This document shows positions 62,377 to 64,000 of a DNA stretch of 64,000 nucleotides, in pieces (positions within the stretch are counted from its first letter, which is position 1; every line of letters begins with the position of its first letter). Under the pieces are notes generated by a model. It had not been told where the DNA came from, did not search any database, and saw only the letters and a list, made by a program, of their open reading frames with translations. Made by a program: the position numbers and the translations under genes. Source of the stretch: Anaeramoeba ignava BMAN (Eukaryota; Protista; Anaeramoebae); assembly GCA_028826165.1 (NCBI GenBank), contig JAPDFW010000066.1, forward strand, positions 248,001-312,000. Reading direction: 5' to 3'.

Positions 62377-64000
62377 TTAAAAAATTAAGCATTTCTCTTT
62401 CGAATTATTGTTTTGATTTTGATTATTAAATTTCTTAATTAATAAATCAAATAAATTTGGATTTGTTTGATTTAATTGAAAATAATCAATTCCTCTTTTA
62501 ATTTCATCAATTATTCCTTGTGTAATTTGAATTTCATCTTTAATTTGATTTGAATAAATCCAATATTCAAATATTTGAAATGATTTATTACTTAATTCAC
62601 TATAATCTATAACTTTATTAGATTTATTATCAGTTATAGATAAAAACATTCCTCGATATAATTCACTTCTCATTATTAATATTAATTTAGGGAATTTATA
62701 TTGTTTTTCTTTTCTTTCAATAATAAAATCTTTTTCATTTTCATTTTCATTTTCATTTTCATTTAAATAAATTCTTTTCATTGTTTCTTCAATTTTTTCA
62801 TTTGAATTTATAATTTCTTTAATTTCAGAATATAATTTTGGATTTATTTTGGAATTATTTGAATAAATCATTTCAAATATTTGATTTGATTCTTTAATTG
62901 ATTTTTTTGAAATAATTTCTTGAAGTTTTTCAATTTGATTTTGATTTTGATTTAATCTATATTTCAATATTAATTTATGAGCTTCAATTATTTCCTCATC
63001 TTCTGTTTTAAATGAAATATTACAAAATTCTTTTCTTCGAAATAATTTTATCAAATCTTCTTCAAGATTGGAAAAAGAAGAAAAAAAGGAGAATAATAAA
63101 GAAATGATCTCGAAACTCCACAAGAAAGATGATAATCGGAAATATTTTCATTAAATCTTAATTTAGGAAGTTCAATTTGAATTGGAATTGATTGATCTTC
63201 TGTATCTCCAGTTCCTAATTGACCAAATTTATTGTATCCAAATGCTATTAACATTCCATTAATTGTTAAAATCAAAGTATGAGCATTTCCAACAGAAAAA
63301 TCAAGAATATCATCATTTTCAAATAAAGATGATTTGATTTCAGTAAATTCATAAGTATATTCACCTTTGCCAAGTCCACTATATTTATAATCTCCAGTTG
63401 AATAAAGTTTTCTTTTTTGATCTTCATTTCCAATCAACATTATTGAATGATTGTCTCCACATTGAATATCAATTATTTTACCTTTTGGAATATTTTGGAT
63501 TTTGGTTAATTTTTGGATTTTTTTGTCTTTTCTTGATTTTCCTAATCCAAGTTGACCATATTGATTATATCCGCATCCAAATAATTCTTGATTTGAATTT
63601 AAAAGAAAAACATGATGTGAAGAATTTCCTGAAAATACTTTAGAAACATTTTTCATCATTAAAATTGGTTTTTCTGTTTTTGGAAGTGTTTTAGAATCAA
63701 AACCAAGTTGACCATCAGTATTAGAACCAATTCCATAAACATTTTGATTTGAAGTTAATAAGTAAATTGATTTGGCTCCAGAAACAACATCTTCAATTAT
63801 TCTATCATTTTTATCTTCAATTAATGATGAAATATTGATAAATTCTTTTGGATTTTCTGAATTAATATCTCTTCCTTTTGCAAATACATTTCCTTCTTTT
63901 GTTAAAATAGCTTCATTCTTTTCACCAACAGTTACTTTTTGAATATTTTCAATTTGGATTTTTTCAGGATTTTGTTTTGAATCTTCTTCATTTAAATATT
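62377..64000 (-). CDS. RCC1-BTB protein copy H (5' end outside the window), CaaX tail; frameshift ~63080
   Basis: ORFs 63051-63659 and 62377-63123; ends KEKCLIF*. Confidence 0.85.

Noticed and set aside
3434-63659. Many frameshifts read as pseudogenes or programmed frameshifting
   Set aside because: They are single-base, often in homopolymers, and also hit essential RPB1, consistent with long-read consensus errors. Real pseudogenisation of some RCC1-BTB copies cannot be excluded.
39631-64000. Diversity-generating retroelement as the source of loop variation
   Set aside because: No reverse transcriptase or template repeat is present in the window, and variation is spread over all blades and not evidently adenine-restricted.
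1-64000. tRNA, rRNA or autonomous transposons
   Set aside because: None were recognisable by eye; a covariance-model scan would be needed to exclude small RNAs.

Overview
Very AT-rich, intron-containing eukaryotic nuclear DNA. Inteins in a nuclear gene, RCC1-BTB and BTB-TLDc expansions, TCATTTT initiator-like motifs and (AATCAA)n tracts suggest an Anaeramoeba-like metamonad amoeba; this is inference. The left ~37 kb holds mostly single-copy genes: a USP10/Ubp3-like deubiquitinase, a DDB1/SF3B3/CPSF1-family propeller protein, RPB1, COG2, a TM-coiled-coil protein, a P-loop NTPase, a cyclin, a PAS protein, a PH-domain dynamin and an HSP20. Several of their introns are inflated by tandem repeats. 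The right ~26 kb is a co-oriented accessory array of 8 RCC1-BTB genes, 2 BTB-TLDc genes, one chimeric BTB gene, a GT61 glycosyltransferase and AT satellites. Highlights: (1) RPB1 has a CTD of 26 octapeptides (YSP[S/T]SPR[T/S]) instead of heptads. (2) RPB1 carries two inteins, one next to the catalytic NADFDGD loop and one in the trigger loop; the second is highly atypical (Ser1, no block-B or penultimate His, C-terminal Asp). (3) The USP gene has an apparent U12-type AT-AC intron. (4) The RCC1-BTB array has hypervariable, mosaic propeller loops on a constant BTB module, with the CaaX tail present or absent, which resembles a diversifying Cullin-3 substrate-receptor repertoire. (5) A young chimeric gene was built by DNA-level copying from 20 kb away. 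Many single-base frameshifts are probably consensus errors.
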